Origin: Mobula hypostoma
Taxonomy: Eukaryota
Direction: 5' to 3'
Length of the DNA: 64,000 nt
Assembly (NCBI RefSeq): GCF_963921235.1
Contig: NC_086097.1
Span: 139,068,001-139,132,000, forward strand
The notes under the pieces: model-generated
Told to the model about the DNA's origin: nothing
What the model saw: only the letters and a program-made list of their open reading frames with translations
Database searches by the model: none
Shown: positions 13,438-26,575 of the stretch, one piece after another
Layout: each line of letters starts with the position of its first letter
How positions within the stretch are numbered: the stretch's first letter is position 1
Position numbers and translations under genes: made by a program

Positions 13438-13779
13438 CTACAGGGATCACATAGATAAGTGATTAATAATTTTAATTCAAAAGTGCAGGTCAGAATGAAG
13501 AAATTAATAAGAACAAGGTAAACACCGGCATAAGAGACTAAACTGCAGAAAGTACAACATACATTTAAAAGTTCAAATGGCAGTAAAATTAAGTATCATG
13601 CTCACAGTAAATCATGAACAGTGGTTATGCAGAAAAAAAACCAAAAACACACACAAACAAATTGAAAAATACATTTAGTAATGATAAAAATTTGAACCAA
13701 GAAATGAAATGTCACTAGAGAGATTCCAGGGATTGTGGATTTGTCATTTGCGGAGCGATTATGCACATCAAACCTACGT

Positions 13780-14030
13780 GCAGAAGAATGAGAATCGAAC
13801 ACATTGAAACATATCTGACAGGGAAGATGTAAATTTGTTGTTTCCCCAAGCTGGGGTATCAAGTATCGAGACATTATAGTTTTAAAACATGCAGTCCGCA
13901 TTCAGAAAAGAGGTGATCAGAAATCTCTTCACAGGATGATGAATCTTTAGTCACTATCTTAAAACGAGGCTGGAATGAATTATGAAAGAGCTTAGGTGGT
14001 CTCAGAATCAAAGTTACCATAAACTCTTCC
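13780..14030 (+). mobile_element. Highly degraded CR1 3' fragment
   Basis: Weak similarity to the CR1 C-terminus (LFP...G.S..RGH..K...FR.EVRRNFF) at nucleotide level. Confidence 0.4.
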
Positions 14031-15212
14031 ACATCAACAATGCTGCAGAGCACTTGAAACAACCACACCACCCTCACCACAAACTGCTGATGCAGATTCC
14101 AGTATTTTCAATCTTTTGTATCCTCTCACCACGTCACATTGACCTAGGACACCCAAGGAGGGTGGTTTTACTTCTGCTCTGGAAGACAACATTTCTGAGA
14201 GCAGTTCTCCCATGGTGCTATTCTGGAGAATGAAAACACTTTGCGTTCAAGTTTTACTTCACAACCAAAAAGACAATGGAGGTTCAGTTGTTAACTATGC
14301 ATATTAAATACAAAGATCCCTACATTTTTTGATATTTAGGGCATCAGGGGAAATGGAGTCAGTCTGGGAAAGTAGCGGTGAAGTAAAAGATCAGCCATAA
14401 CTTACCGAATGGTAGAGCAGGCCAGAGAGTTGAATGGCTTCATTTCTTATGAGCCATAGATCACAAAAATAATAACAATAAAAGGAATTATATAATAGAT
14501 ATTTTGCACAAATTATGGAGTGTGATCTATCTATAACTAAAATACAAAGCAGGTAAAGAAACCTGCAAAATTCAGCTTTTCATTGCAATCATCTTCTGCC
14601 AGTTTATTCAGTTTTAAGTATTCTCTAGAGGGAATGAATTCAAGATTTCCAAACACTCCTGCAAGAACCTTAAAATGGATTTAATAAATTCTCGATACAA
14701 TCATGCGTCAACTCTGTCAAGCCAGTAACTATTTCCATTTTCTAGGTGACATGTAGCTGCACTCACTGGAGGCTGTTTTTTGCCATTGGTTTCAGTGGTT
14801 TTGTGACTCAGTAGTAACTTAAATGGGCATTGTAGATAGACATACATGCATATTTTTGCATTTTTACAGATGCACATTGCCCAACCCAGCCGACTGCACC
14901 AAAGTAGTAAACCATTTTTTTTAAAGATCTATTCACTTCATTGTTGGCATCAATAATCATTTCCTTTGCTCAAACAACAGCAGCTCTCATCCATATTTTG
15001 TAGCATAATTAAATCATTAATAGCACATTTCCCAAGGCAGCATTTACCCACATCTTCTACGTCACTACTAAGTAGCCTCCAATTTGTTACAGTGCTAAAG
15101 GTGACTAACAGGGAGTCAGCATTATGTACTGCAGATCAAGATGATAATAACACCTCAGACTTGTGTATTGGACAATGGATTACTGACTATGATGTGAATG
15201 CAGTCCTCTGCA

Positions 15213-15353
15213 GTTCAGAATCAGATTGATTATCACTGTCTTAGATAATATGAAATTTGCTGTTTTGTAACAGTAGAACAGTGCAAAGCCATAATATTAC
15301 TATGAAGTAAGGAATAAGGAAGCAGCAATCATGAAATCTGATGGTGGAGGGTG
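15213..15353 (-). mobile_element. Rex1-type LINE 3' tail
   Basis: Matches the tail at 35093-35170 (tcagaatcagatt..atcactg...aaatttg...cagta). Confidence 0.55.
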
Positions 15354-15355
15354 CC

Positions 15356-16910
15356 GTGTATTTAATGTTTCAGCAATATTGTAAACATGTTGTTTGATAA
15401 AGCATTCTTGTTTGCTAAAAGTAAAGTTAGACTCGCATTTCCAGCTCTCTTGTCTTCCTTTCAATTAGTTTTTGTTTTGGAATTACAAAACATAACAGTG
15501 GCGACAAATAAGTTTTAAATGAACCTGAGGTGACTACTACCTGTTGAAGCACAACAGGATGTTCAAGTTTAAAAAAAGAGCACGACGAGAAACAGTTGAG
15601 TTAAAAAAAAGTGCAACACATTTCCTTCGCAAAAGGAATGACAAATAAGTTTTTTTTAAAAAGCAGAAGATGGAAGAGTAGAGAGGGGAGGGGGAAAGAG
15701 GGGGGAGGGGGAAAGTAAGTACCAGGTGATAATTTTAAAAAAGAGCAGAAAATGCTAGCTATGTCAGAAGGATTACACAACAGATAACTGGATATTGTAT
15801 ACAGAATAGATTGAGCAGTATTTTAAAATACATGGAGTAGCCAATGAGAAGTACCAGTTCTGCTGTGTGCATTGGCTTTAAAGGCATAGTTTATTGCAAA
15901 GTTTAATTGCTCCAACCAAACCAGCCAAAATGAGCTTGCTGATATTGAGAAAGTAATACAAGAACACTTAAAACCGAAGCCATTGTTGATTGCAAAAAGC
16001 TTTAAGTTTCATAAGTGGATCGAAAGGAAGGGGAGTATGTGGCTGAAATGAAGAGATTGTCTGAGCATTGTCAATTGAATAATGGGCTTAATGATGCACT
16101 GAGAGATCATTTAGTTTGTGGAATCTTACAAGAAAGCATTCAAAAACAGCCCTAACTCACATTTAAAAGAGTTGAAACTCTATCAATGCAAACAGCAGAC
16201 AGAGGTGCAATTGAAATGCAGTCAGGAATGAGAGTGAATGTAAACAAAATTGCAATATCTAAACAGAAACCGCCTGGCTGAACAACTTGTGTTACCATTG
16301 TGGCAAGGGCTCACATACACCAGACCAATGCAGGTTTAAAGCAGAATGCAGAAAATGCAACAGAATAGGTCACATACGAAGAGCATGTTAGACGGACAAA
16401 AATAAATGGACTGCATAGGGAAGAGAAAAAGAAAAAATCAAGATGCAGTTTTAAAGAGTACCAATTTGTGTGCTGTTGATAAAAAAATCTAATAATGATT
16501 AGAGAGACACATGACTCAGTAATCTTGAGATTTATAATGTGAAAAGTAACAATAGACCGACAATACGACTTACACTAGAAGTGAAAAGCAAATTAATTAA
16601 AATAGAATTGGGACACTGGCTCAACTGCTTCAGTCATTCCACAAAATGAGTTTGAACTGTATTTCAAAGACAGTGAAATAAATCCAATTAATAACTTATA
16701 ATGGAGAAAAGATAACTCCGACAGGAATGACATCTATAAAAGTAAAATATAACAACCAACTTGTATGTGGTAAAAACAGGAGGGACAACATTGTGGAGAC
16801 ATGAGTGGCTGAAACAACTACAATTTCATTGGAAATCTTTCCACCATTTGCATGCCACATCCCCTCTATTAGAGTGAGCTGAAAGCAAATTAAGAAAGGT
16901 ACTGGATGAT
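15356..16910 (+). mobile_element. Gypsy LTR retrotransposon remnant (5' LTR end, PBS, gag, protease)
   Basis: LTR end ...CATAACA at 15497 followed by PBS-like GTGGCGAC. Gag fragments KPLLIA..FKFHK and LVCGI; tandem CCHC knuckles CYHCGKGSHTPDQC and CRKCNRIGHIRRAC (16290-16388); protease DTGS..SVIP at ~16610. Confidence 0.88.
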
Positions 16911-16921
16911 ATCAAAGCTGT

Positions 16922-17765
16922 CTCCAAGCTGTACACCAGGAACCGTTGCCCAACAGTGAGCCAACAGGTACTGCTGCCAACCTCTGTGCCTCTGGTTGGA
17001 AAGCATATTGGACGGACGATGGTGCTTAGAAGAATTGTGAAAGTAACAAAAGCAATGAACCAACTACAACAGTTTTTGTAGGCAACATATCTGAAAAAGT
17101 TCATGATATGTTAATTAGGTAGTTACTTACAAAATGTGGCTAGGGTTTAAGTTGGATGAGAATTCAAGGAGCTTCAAGAAGGTTGCAAGCATTTAGCTTT
17201 TGTGAGTATAAAGAACCAGATTCTACTCTGCGTGCATTAAAGTTATTACATAAACTTCAAGTGGGAGACGAAAAACTGTAAAAGTAGATGCAAAGACTAA
17301 AAAGAAAAGGAGACAATGGAGAGATGTAAATAAGTGACTCATCAGGTGATGTTGCGGATGAGGAAATTAAGAGAAATCAGATCGAAAAGGGAGAAATAAA
17401 AGGATTAATAAGAAATTACTTCAGTGAACTAAATGCACCTTCTTAAGACCAAGATGGCCATCCCAAAAAGAAGATAAAGGAAAAGAAAGAGAAGAATGAC
17501 ATAAGTGCTATAGAAATGGAAGAGGATAAACACCCAATTTCTCAAGAAATTAGCAAATTCAGAGATATTCACAAGAAACTAAAAGAAAAAAGATGGGAAA
17601 AAGACAAGAAGTTGAAAAGGAGAGAAGAGATAGAAAGAACATGAGTGAAAAGAGAAGGGAGTAAGGGGGGAGAGAAGAAATGCGAGAAAGAAAAAGAAAG
17701 ATTGTGTGCAGGATAAAGAGAGAGAAAGAAGCCAGGACCAAGGGAGAAGCAAGAATCAAAGTAGA
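16922..17765 (+). pseudogene. RBM25: RBM25 processed pseudogene fragment (RRM plus start of the RE-rich region)
   Basis: From 17060: PTTTVFVGNISEKVHDMLIR*LLTKCG*GLSWMRIQGASRRLQAFSFCEYKEPDSTLRALKLLHKLQVG, then ...SELNAPS... and DISAIEMEEDK...ISQEISKFRDIHKKL, followed by R/E-rich sequence. Collinear with recalled human RBM25, intronless, with stops and frameshifts. Confidence 0.9.
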
Positions 17766-19330
17766 TCCTGAGAGGCAGGAGTTAACTCCAGTTATAACCA
17801 ACCTCTCAAAGCACATCATTATGCCAGATGTGAATGCTATATCTCCATAATCATCCAGGCAGCTCACTTTGCTCTTCTTGGGCACTGGAATGATTGCTGC
17901 CCTTTTGAAGCAGGTGGGAACCTCAAACCGCAGCAGTGAGAGACTGAAGTTTCCTCGAACACTCCAGCAGTTGGTCAGCACCGATTTTCAGTACCTGATC
18001 TGGTACACCTTTGAGCCTGACACTTCGTAAGAGTTCACCCCTTAGAAGAATGTTCTGACATTGGCCTTGGAGATAAATATTATAGGGTCATTGAATGCTG
18101 TAGGATTCACACAGGTGTGGTGTTATTTTCCCTTTCAAAGCGGGTATTAAAGGCATTGAGCTCATCAGGGAGTGAAGAATCCTTATAAAATGTAATGACA
18201 TGCAAATCCTGCAACAGCCATTCTACATTCAACTGTGTCCCACGCAATCGTCTTTGTTCTCACAATAGCCTTCTAGAGGTTGTACCTAGACTCCTCCTTG
18301 TAGAATTCTGGTCTTGAACACCACAGGTTTAGCCCTCAACATACTGCGAATTCCTTGATGCATCCAGGGCTTCTGGTTTGGAAAAAACTTGGTACGTTCT
18401 CAAAGGTAAATACTCACCCACGCAGGCCTTGATGAAGTCAGTGACAGTCGTGGAATATTAAGATCTGAAAATCAATTCCCGAGTATGGCTAAGTCCATCA
18501 ATTCAATGCGGTCCTATAAATCCTTTGCTGCCTAGCCTTGATGATATGTTAGCAGTCCTCACCACTGGTGCTGTGGTCCTCAGTCTCTGCCTATGAGCTG
18601 AGAGTAGAAGTACAGCTGTGTGATTGGACGTGCCAAAATGTGGACGCCAGCCCACTTGATCGAGTGTGTTGGCTTCTCAGATTCTACAAGTGACACGTTG
18701 GTGGCAGCTTATCAGAGACTTCTTAAAGCTGGCCTGATAGAAGTCCCCATAATGATCAGAAAGGTGTCAGGGTTCACTATTTAGTGACTGTTGATCACAG
18801 TTCTCAGCTCTTCCAGTACCAGTTTGACATTTGCCAGGGGTGCAATGTACATCATTACCACAATGGCAACAGAGAAATCCATCAGCAGGTAGAATGGACA
18901 GCATTACACTGCCAGATGTTCCAGGTCGTGAGAGCAGTACTGAGGCAAACTGTTACGTATGATCCCCATGAGGAGTTAATCATGAAGCAAATGCCTCAGC
19001 ATCTTCCTTTACTTGATGATGCCATTGGTCCACATGGTGGATGGTGAAGCCCTCGGGCTCCAGTGCTCTGTCCAGAATTCTGAGAGCAAGCTACATGACT
19101 GCAAAGCACAGTACACTACAGTTCCTAATGACCCTCTGGTAATTCAGCCTTTCTCTGAGGTCCTCAGTGTTATTTTCCAGAAACTGGACATTAGCCAGGA
19201 GTACATTAGGGAGAAGGAACCTGAGATCCTGCACTTCAGCTTTACCTGGAGTCCTCCACGGTAGCCACGAAAGCTAAGTGGTGTATCAAAAGAAAAGCCA
19301 AGTGTAGTCTAACATTCAGTATTGAAATGG
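17766..19330 (-). mobile_element. Rex1/Babar-type LINE (APE to RT N-terminal part), degraded
   Basis: VPTCFKRAAIIPVPKKSKVSCLDDY..IAFTSGIMMCFERLV. The upstream sequence parallels the Rex copies at 57430-59580 and 62040-64000. Confidence 0.8.
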
Positions 19331-20349
19331 GTCTTCCTCCTGAAGCTAAAGCTTATTTTAACGCCACAAATTAAAATCAAACACCTTCTAATATACCATG
19401 CAAAATTTAACTGCAATTAGCTCGCCTTTGAGTGAGGACTCCAGTAAAATTGGGCAACAAAACTCTAAAAGAAGTTGACAGCAGGCTTTGCAATTGAGTC
19501 ATCATGCAGTTTACTTTCAAGACCAATAATCACATCACTTGCACATCAGTAGTGTGTCAGAGCATCTGCATTAACCACATACCCCTCACCTAACAGTTAT
19601 ATTCACCTAAGAATGAGGTGGGACTTGGTTTAACATCTAGTCTGGAGGATGCCATCTCTGAGTGAAGCCTTCATACATTTTTGCATTCAATCTTGAATCT
19701 ACAAACTTTTCACTCAGAGATGAGCTTGTCAATTGAAGATAAGTGTGAATGAATGTAATCAATGCAGTTTGTTGCTTTTAAGGGTTCATAATCTCCAATA
19801 TAAAACCAGAATTATATGAGTTGTATATTAAATCATCGTTTCTAATTCTAGGACTCTGTTATATTTGTGGAGACATATACTGCAAAAGCCCAATATGACC
19901 TTCGAATATACTCCAGGATAAAAAGTAACAGAATTCATACATAAATGCAAGCCCTAGAATGAGCATTGATAATCAACCAGGTTATGAGCATTACTTTCTT
20001 ACTATAATTCCTTAAAACTACATCTAGCAGATACTGCGTGAGAGAAAGAAAAATGATAAATAACTTTTATTACAGCTGTCGGAGCTGCGGCATGGACAAG
20101 TATTCGATCAGATAATCAACATGTTAAAAGGTAGCTAAAAACTGGGATGATTTACATCACCATGATATATAACACTAGAAATGAGCTGTAAAAACTTCAT
20201 TTAAAAAACTGAAGTATTTTAGTATATAATGAATCCTTTTACACATTACTTCATAATGTTTCATGAAACATTAAATTTCAGTTATTACAGCCAAAAGTCA
20301 CCAAAATTCCTCATTAACAACAGAGGCCAAATGATATCAGAATCTGAAA

Positions 20350-20680
20350 ATCAATAACTACAGACACTGGAAATCTAAAATAAAAACAGAAAACACTGGA
20401 AACACTCAGCAGGACAGGCTGCATCTGTAGGAAGAGCAACAGAGGCAACACTTCACCTGGAAGGAGTTGGAGGAGGGTGGCTGCGGGAAAGAAGAGGTGT
20501 GCAAGAGGCCCTGGGTAGGTTGGGGGAGATAAAGGAACAGAATTACCTGAAATTAGAGAATATAATGTCCATGCCACTGGACTGTATTCTACCAAGGTGG
20601 AATACACGGTGCTGTTCCTCTAGTTTGTCTTTCATCGTCATTTCTGCCGGCTGCAACGTAGTCCCACCACCTCTTCTCCT
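20350..20680 (-). mobile_element. Penelope-like element 3' fragment
   Basis: KLEEQHRVFHLGRIQSSGMDIIFSNFR plus the actcagcagg..aggctgcatctgt tail. Confidence 0.7.
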
Positions 20681-20804
20681 CCACATTTGTTTTTGCTTTC
20701 CGCAAGATCCAGTCTCTTTGCAGCTCATTGATTTGGTGAGCCCTCCACACCCAACATCCCCTCCCATGGCATTTAAACCAGTCACCACCATCCAGGGACA
20801 GGTA

Positions 20805-20940
20805 TACAGATAGAAAATATTTAGAGGGATATGGATCAAACACAGGCAAATCAGACTAGCTTTTAAGTAGGCATCTCAGTCAGCTTGGGTGAGTTGGCCC
20901 AAAGGGCCTGTTTCTATACTGTTTAGTTCCAAGACTATGA
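20805..20940 (+). mobile_element. CR1 3' tail
   Basis: ttagagggatatgg...ggcccaaagggcctgtttctatactgt. Confidence 0.7.
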
Positions 20941-21099
20941 ACTCCATCTTAAATATTTTGCCAAAGTAGTATAATTTAAAATGGACAGGTTTCTTTTTGC
21001 CTAAGCAGTGCTCACAATTCCCTCCCTAAACCTCATCACCCTTTCCTTCTTTAAGTTGTTCATAAAATCAGTCTGTGTTGAAGAGTTTAGTCTCTGCCT

Positions 21100-22865
21100 A
21101 ACAGAACATAAGACCTTAAGATGGAGAAGCAAAATTAGGCCATTCAGCCTATCGAGTCCACTCCACCATTCCATCATGGCTGATCCCAGATTCCACTCCA
21201 TCCCATACACCTGTCTTCATGCCACATTCTTTGATGCCCTGACTGATCAGGAAACGATCAACTTGCACTTTAAATATACGCATGGGCTTGGCCTCCTCTG
21301 CAGTCTGTGGCAGTACATTCTTCAAATTTACTACTCTGTTTAAAAGAGTGCCTCCTTACCTTTGTTCTAAAGGGTTGCCTCTCAATTTTGAGGCTGTGCC
21401 CTCTAGTTCTGGATACCCACACCATAGGAAACATCCTCTCCACATCCACCCTATCTAGTTCTTTCAACATTCGGTAGGTTTCAATGAGATCCCTTCACAT
21501 TCTTCTAAATTCCAGTGAGTACGGGCCTAAAGCTGCCAAACACAGTTCATATGTTAACCACTTCATTCCTGGAATCATCCTCGTGAACATCCTTTGGACA
21601 CTCTCCAATGACAACACATCTTTTCTGAGATATGGGACCCAGAACTGTTGACAATACTCCAAGTACAGCCTGACTAGCGTCTTATAAAGGCTCAGCATTA
21701 TGTCCTTACTTTTATATTCTATTCACCTTGAAATAAATACCAACATTGCATTTGCCTTCCTTACCGTGGACTCAACCTGTAAATTTATCTTCTGGGAGTC
21801 TTGCACGAGGACTCTTAAGTCCCTCTGCACATCTGATGTTTGAACATTCTCCCTATTTGGATAATAGTCCACACTATTGTTCCTTTTACCAAAATGCATT
21901 ATCATACACTTCCCTACATTGTATTCCATCTGCCACTTTTTTGTCCATTCTTCCAATTTGTCTCAGTCACGCTGCAATCTCATTGCTTCCTCAGCAAACC
22001 TACCCCTCCACCTATCTTCATATCATCCGCAAAGCCATCAATTCCATTATCGGAATCACTGACAAACAATGTGAAAAGCAGCAGTCCCAATACTGACCCC
22101 TGAGGAACACCACTAGTCACCGGCAGCCAACCTGAAAAGGGCCCTTATATTCCCTCTCGCTGCCTCCTGCCTGTTAGCCATTCTGTTATCCATGCTCGTA
22201 TCTTTCCTGTAACACCATAGGATTTTATCTTGTTAAGCAGCCTCATGTGTGGCACCTTATCAATGGCCTACTGAAAATCCAAGTTAATGATATCCACTGC
22301 CTCTCCTTTGTCCACCCTGCTTGCTACCTCCTCAAAGAACTGATTTGTCATGTAAGATTTCCTTTTACAAAAACTATGCTGATTTTGACTTATTTTACCA
22401 TTAGTCTCCAGGTACCTCAAAAACTCATCCTTAAATAGACTCCAACACTTTCCAAACCACTGAGGTTAGGCTAACTGGCCTATAATTTCCTTTCTTTTGT
22501 CTTCCTCCCTTCTTAAAGAGAGCACTGACACTTGGAATTTTCCAGTCCTCCAGGACCATGCCAGAATCAAGTGATTCTTGAAAGATCATGACCAATTATC
22601 TCGATTATCCTACCCCTCATCCTTATCCATTATCTCTTCTGCAACTTCTTTCAGGACTCTGGGATGTAGTCCATCAGGTCCAGGTGACTTATCCACCTTC
22701 AGACCATTGAGTTTGACTAGCACTTTTTCCTTTGTAATAGCAATATCACTCATTCTTGCTCCCTGACACTCACTGACCTCTGGCACACTACTAGTGTCTT
22801 CCACAGTGAAGCCAGATGCAAAGTACCCATTAAGTTCATCTGCCATTTCTTTGTCCCCCATCACA
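21100..22865 (-). mobile_element. Degraded CR1 LINE (RT plus 3' end)
   Basis: DKSPGPDGLHPRVLKE, KKWQMEYNVGKC, LYKTLVR..LEYC.QFW.PYLRKD, RTRGHSLKI. Confidence 0.9.
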
Positions 22866-23651
22866 CCTCCTTACTTAACTCAGCATAAAACTTTGCCCAA
22901 AAATGATGCCCTACAAAAATTTTAAATACATATTATAGTAATTGGTATTCAAAATGATAACAATTATACACACGCCAACATAACTAAGTACTAAATACAT
23001 TGTTTAGGATTGTTGTTGGCAATATTTATTTTTGATTTAAAAAATCAGAGACTTATTCAATCAGCAACTTTGCATTGTGAACAAGTAACTACCCTGTAAA
23101 AGAATTTTAAAAGGCCCTTCAATTTAAAACGAGATACTGCTTTCCTTAGACTGGTCACTCCCAACATAGATAGAATTATGCATTGTCAGATTCAAAGTGT
23201 ATATATTTTGAAGCTCTATTGCTTAGGTTTAAACCTTTGGAAAAATTCAACGATAGCCTTAACAGAGAATCTTGTACTCAATAACAGGTAATATTCAGAG
23301 CTGGGACAAGCTCCACAGATTTCTGAAGGAGCTACAATGCACTGAAGTTATCTTGAGATAATAGAGGTCAGAATATACTCACAATTTGTTCTGAGACTCA
23401 TATTTGAAAAACAATTTAGCTGCTTGGGATGTATAAAATACTATTTTAGTGGTCAGGATAATGCTTAGTGAAATAACATAAAACTTATTTTGTGCTAAAC
23501 CAGGTTGTATCCATTCCAGAGAACCATATGCTGCATGATCAAGATGGTGAGACTTCATTTGAATTATATTTTTAGCTTCCTCAACAAATTAATGCAGTGT
23601 TCCTGACACTGTAGCACCTGGAACAAATGAATCCATTTTTTACTGGGCATC

Positions 23652-24466
23652 TCTACAGCCCCTCGTTAGGGGCTCATTAGCCACTCGTTAACAGCCACTG
23701 GATTCAGCAGTGAGAAAACCACCTTTCTCAAACTTTGTGCACCTAGGGTCGGTATGACTTGGGTCCCACAAAGACCAGGAAGTTGGGATGTCATGACTAT
23801 CCGAACCCCGATCTGTGGAATACTGTGTAAATACTGCCCCCCTGCATTTAACCATCAGCAAGAAATAACAGATCATACACTGCATACAATTATAGAGAAA
23901 GTATATCTACAAATGTCAGCTTTATCAAACAGTTAGAAGAAAGAAAAGAAAAAAATAAAAGGGCCCATTACAGTTAACCCAGTTCAAATGTGCAACAAGT
24001 TGAAGCTCATCTTGAAGTTGTCTTTAGCTCACGCGCAGGACCCATGGTTTGTGTGAAAGCACACACCACGTTCTGAAAGTCACTCAAAATCTATCTCGAA
24101 TAAACTGGCCCTCCCACGGGAGTACTGGTCATTCCTCCTTAAAGCCATTCATCTCCACAAAGCACCTTCTGCAACAGGGATGGCATCCTCAGGCATCTCC
24201 CCTCCTGTCTTCTCCCAGCTCTGACCAACATGACCTCAACCCACAACAGTGTTCGTCACAAAAACTTCTCTGCCCTGCATTCTGTAGAACCTTCTCCCAA
24301 TTCTACCATCCTAATCAGCTGATACAACATTCCTAAGTTAAACAACACTGCCCCTTATCTTTAGCTCAAACCAAAGCATGCCAACAGCATAACAGACTGC
24401 TCTTACAGAACCACTAAAATGAAATACTTACAGCATAGCAGTAAGTATCTTAACCAGGGTGTTACA
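23652..24466 (-). mobile_element. Possible solo LTR
   Basis: The minus strand begins TGTAACACCCTGG at 24466. The segment is non-coding and distinct from its flanks, but the other end and a TSD are not clear. Confidence 0.35.
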
Positions 24467-24477
24467 CAAAAATCAAG

Positions 24478-26575
24478 TCACTGGAGGAACTCGGCAGGTC
24501 AAGCAGTAATTATAGAGACAAGGGATGGTCAAAGTATTAGATCAAGACCATGTATCTGGATTGAAGACCATGCATCTGGATTGTTGGGTATAGAGAAGAT
24601 TACCAGCATACAGTAATGAGAGGGAGGGGTTAAACAGAGAGGTTAGTAGGTTCGATCAAGTGTACAAAGGAAGAACACATAGACCTGCTACTAAATCTTG
24701 TACAGTCTTATAAGAATATTGTTGAAAAATAGTTGAAACAACAGATGGAGAACCATGAAGTTCTCTTCTTCTCTTTGACAGGGTCTCAACCCAAAACAGC
24801 AACCGGTGCAGGGTTTTTTCTATACATCTCCATTCCCCCACCAGGAAGGCCTCAAAGCTCTCCATTTCTTTCTGGACACCAGACCCAACCAGTTCCCCTC
24901 CACCACTACTCTCCTCCGTCTAGCGGAACTTATCCTCACTCTAAATAATTTCTCCTCTGAGTCCTCCCACTTCCTTCAAACAGAAGGGGTAGCCACAGGC
25001 ATTAGCAAGGGTCCCAGCTATGCCTGCCTGTTTATCGGCTACGTAGAACAGTCTATGTGCCAAGTCGACACTGGTGACCATCCCCTACTTTTCCTACGCT
25101 ACATCGATGACTGCATTGTTGTTGCTTCTCGCACCAACGCTGAACTCATCAATTTCATCTATTTTGCCTCCAACTTCCAACCTGCCCTCAAATTCACCCG
25201 GTCCATTTCCGACACCTCCCTTCCCTTTCTCGATCTCACTGGCTCTATCTCCAGAGACAGCTTATCCACCGATGTCTATTATAAACCAATGGACTCTCAC
25301 AGCTACCTAGACTATACCTTGTTCCACCCTACTTGTAAAAAATGCCATCCCCCTTCTCTCAATTCTTCTATCTCCACCGCATCTGCTCTCAGGATGAGGC
25401 TTTTCATTCTAGAACGATGGACATGTCCTCCTTTTTCAAAGAAAGGGGCTTCCCTTCCTCCGCCGTCTACGCTGCTTCAACCGTATCTCTTCCATTTCAC
25501 GCAGGTCTGCTCTTACCCCATCCTCCTGCCAAGCTACCAGGGATAGGGTTCCTTTGTCCTCACCTACCACCCACCAGCCTCCGCATCTAGCACATAATTC
25601 TCTGAAACTTCCGCCATCTCAAACTGGATCCCACCACCAAACACATCCTTCCCTCCCCCTGGCCCCAACTTCGCCTTTCTGCGGGGATCGCTCCCTACAC
25701 AACTCCCTTGTCCATTCATCCCTCCCCACTGATCTCCCTCCTGGCACTTATCATTGCAAGCGGAACAAGTGCTACACATGCCCCTACACCTCCTCCCTAA
25801 CTAACATTCAGGCCCTAAACAGTCCTTCCAGGTGAGGCAACACTTCACCTGTCAGTCTGTTGGGGTCATATACTGTATTCAGTGCTCCCGGTTGGCCTCT
25901 TGTATATCAGTGAGACCCGACATAGACTGGGAGACCACATCGCTGAGCATCTACGCTCATCTGCCAAAACAAGCAGGATCTCCCAGTGGCCACCCAGTTT
26001 AATTCCACTTCCCATTCCCATTCAGATACGTCCATCCATGTCCTCCTCCACTGTCGAGATAAGGCTACGTTTAAGTTGGAGGAACAACACCTTACATTCC
26101 GTTTGGGTAGGCTCCAACCTGATGGCATACACGTCGATTTCTCAAACTTCCAGTTATGCTTCCACCCCCCCTCATAATTTCCCATCCCTTTTTCCCTCTC
26201 TCGTATTATCTCCTTGCCCCCCCCCCATTGCCTCCCTCAGGTGCTTCTCCTCTTCCCTTTTTTTTCTTCCATGGCCTTCATCTCCTTCACCAATCAACTT
26301 TCTAGCTCTTTGCTTCATCCCTCCTCCTCCAAATTTCACTTATGCCTGGTGTTTCTCTCTTCCCCTCCCTCCACCTTTCAAATCTATTCCTCAGCCTCTT
26401 TTCTCCAGTCCTGCTGAAGGGTTTTGGCACAAAACATTGACTGTACTTTTTTCCATATATGCTGCCTGGCCTGAGTTCCTCTGGCATTTTATGCCTGTTG
26501 CCCAAAACATCAACCATCTGTTTACTTCCACAGATGCTGCGCAGTTTACTAAGGTCTTCCAGTAGTTAGCTTTAT
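24478..26575 (+). mobile_element. Penelope-like element (RT C-terminal part plus GIY-YIG), with an inverted tail copy upstream
   Basis: LYTSIPHQEGL, G.A.G...GPSYACLF, RYIDD, LPFLD, DVYYKP.DSHSYLDY (24806-25546) and a GIY-YIG region at 25860-26150. A minus-orientation tail lies at ~24478-24620. Confidence 0.9.

Noticed and set aside
17559..17981. Hydrophobic, membrane-protein-like 140-aa ORF
   Set aside because: It is a Rex1 RT fragment reading into the antisense of the purine-rich RBM25 region.
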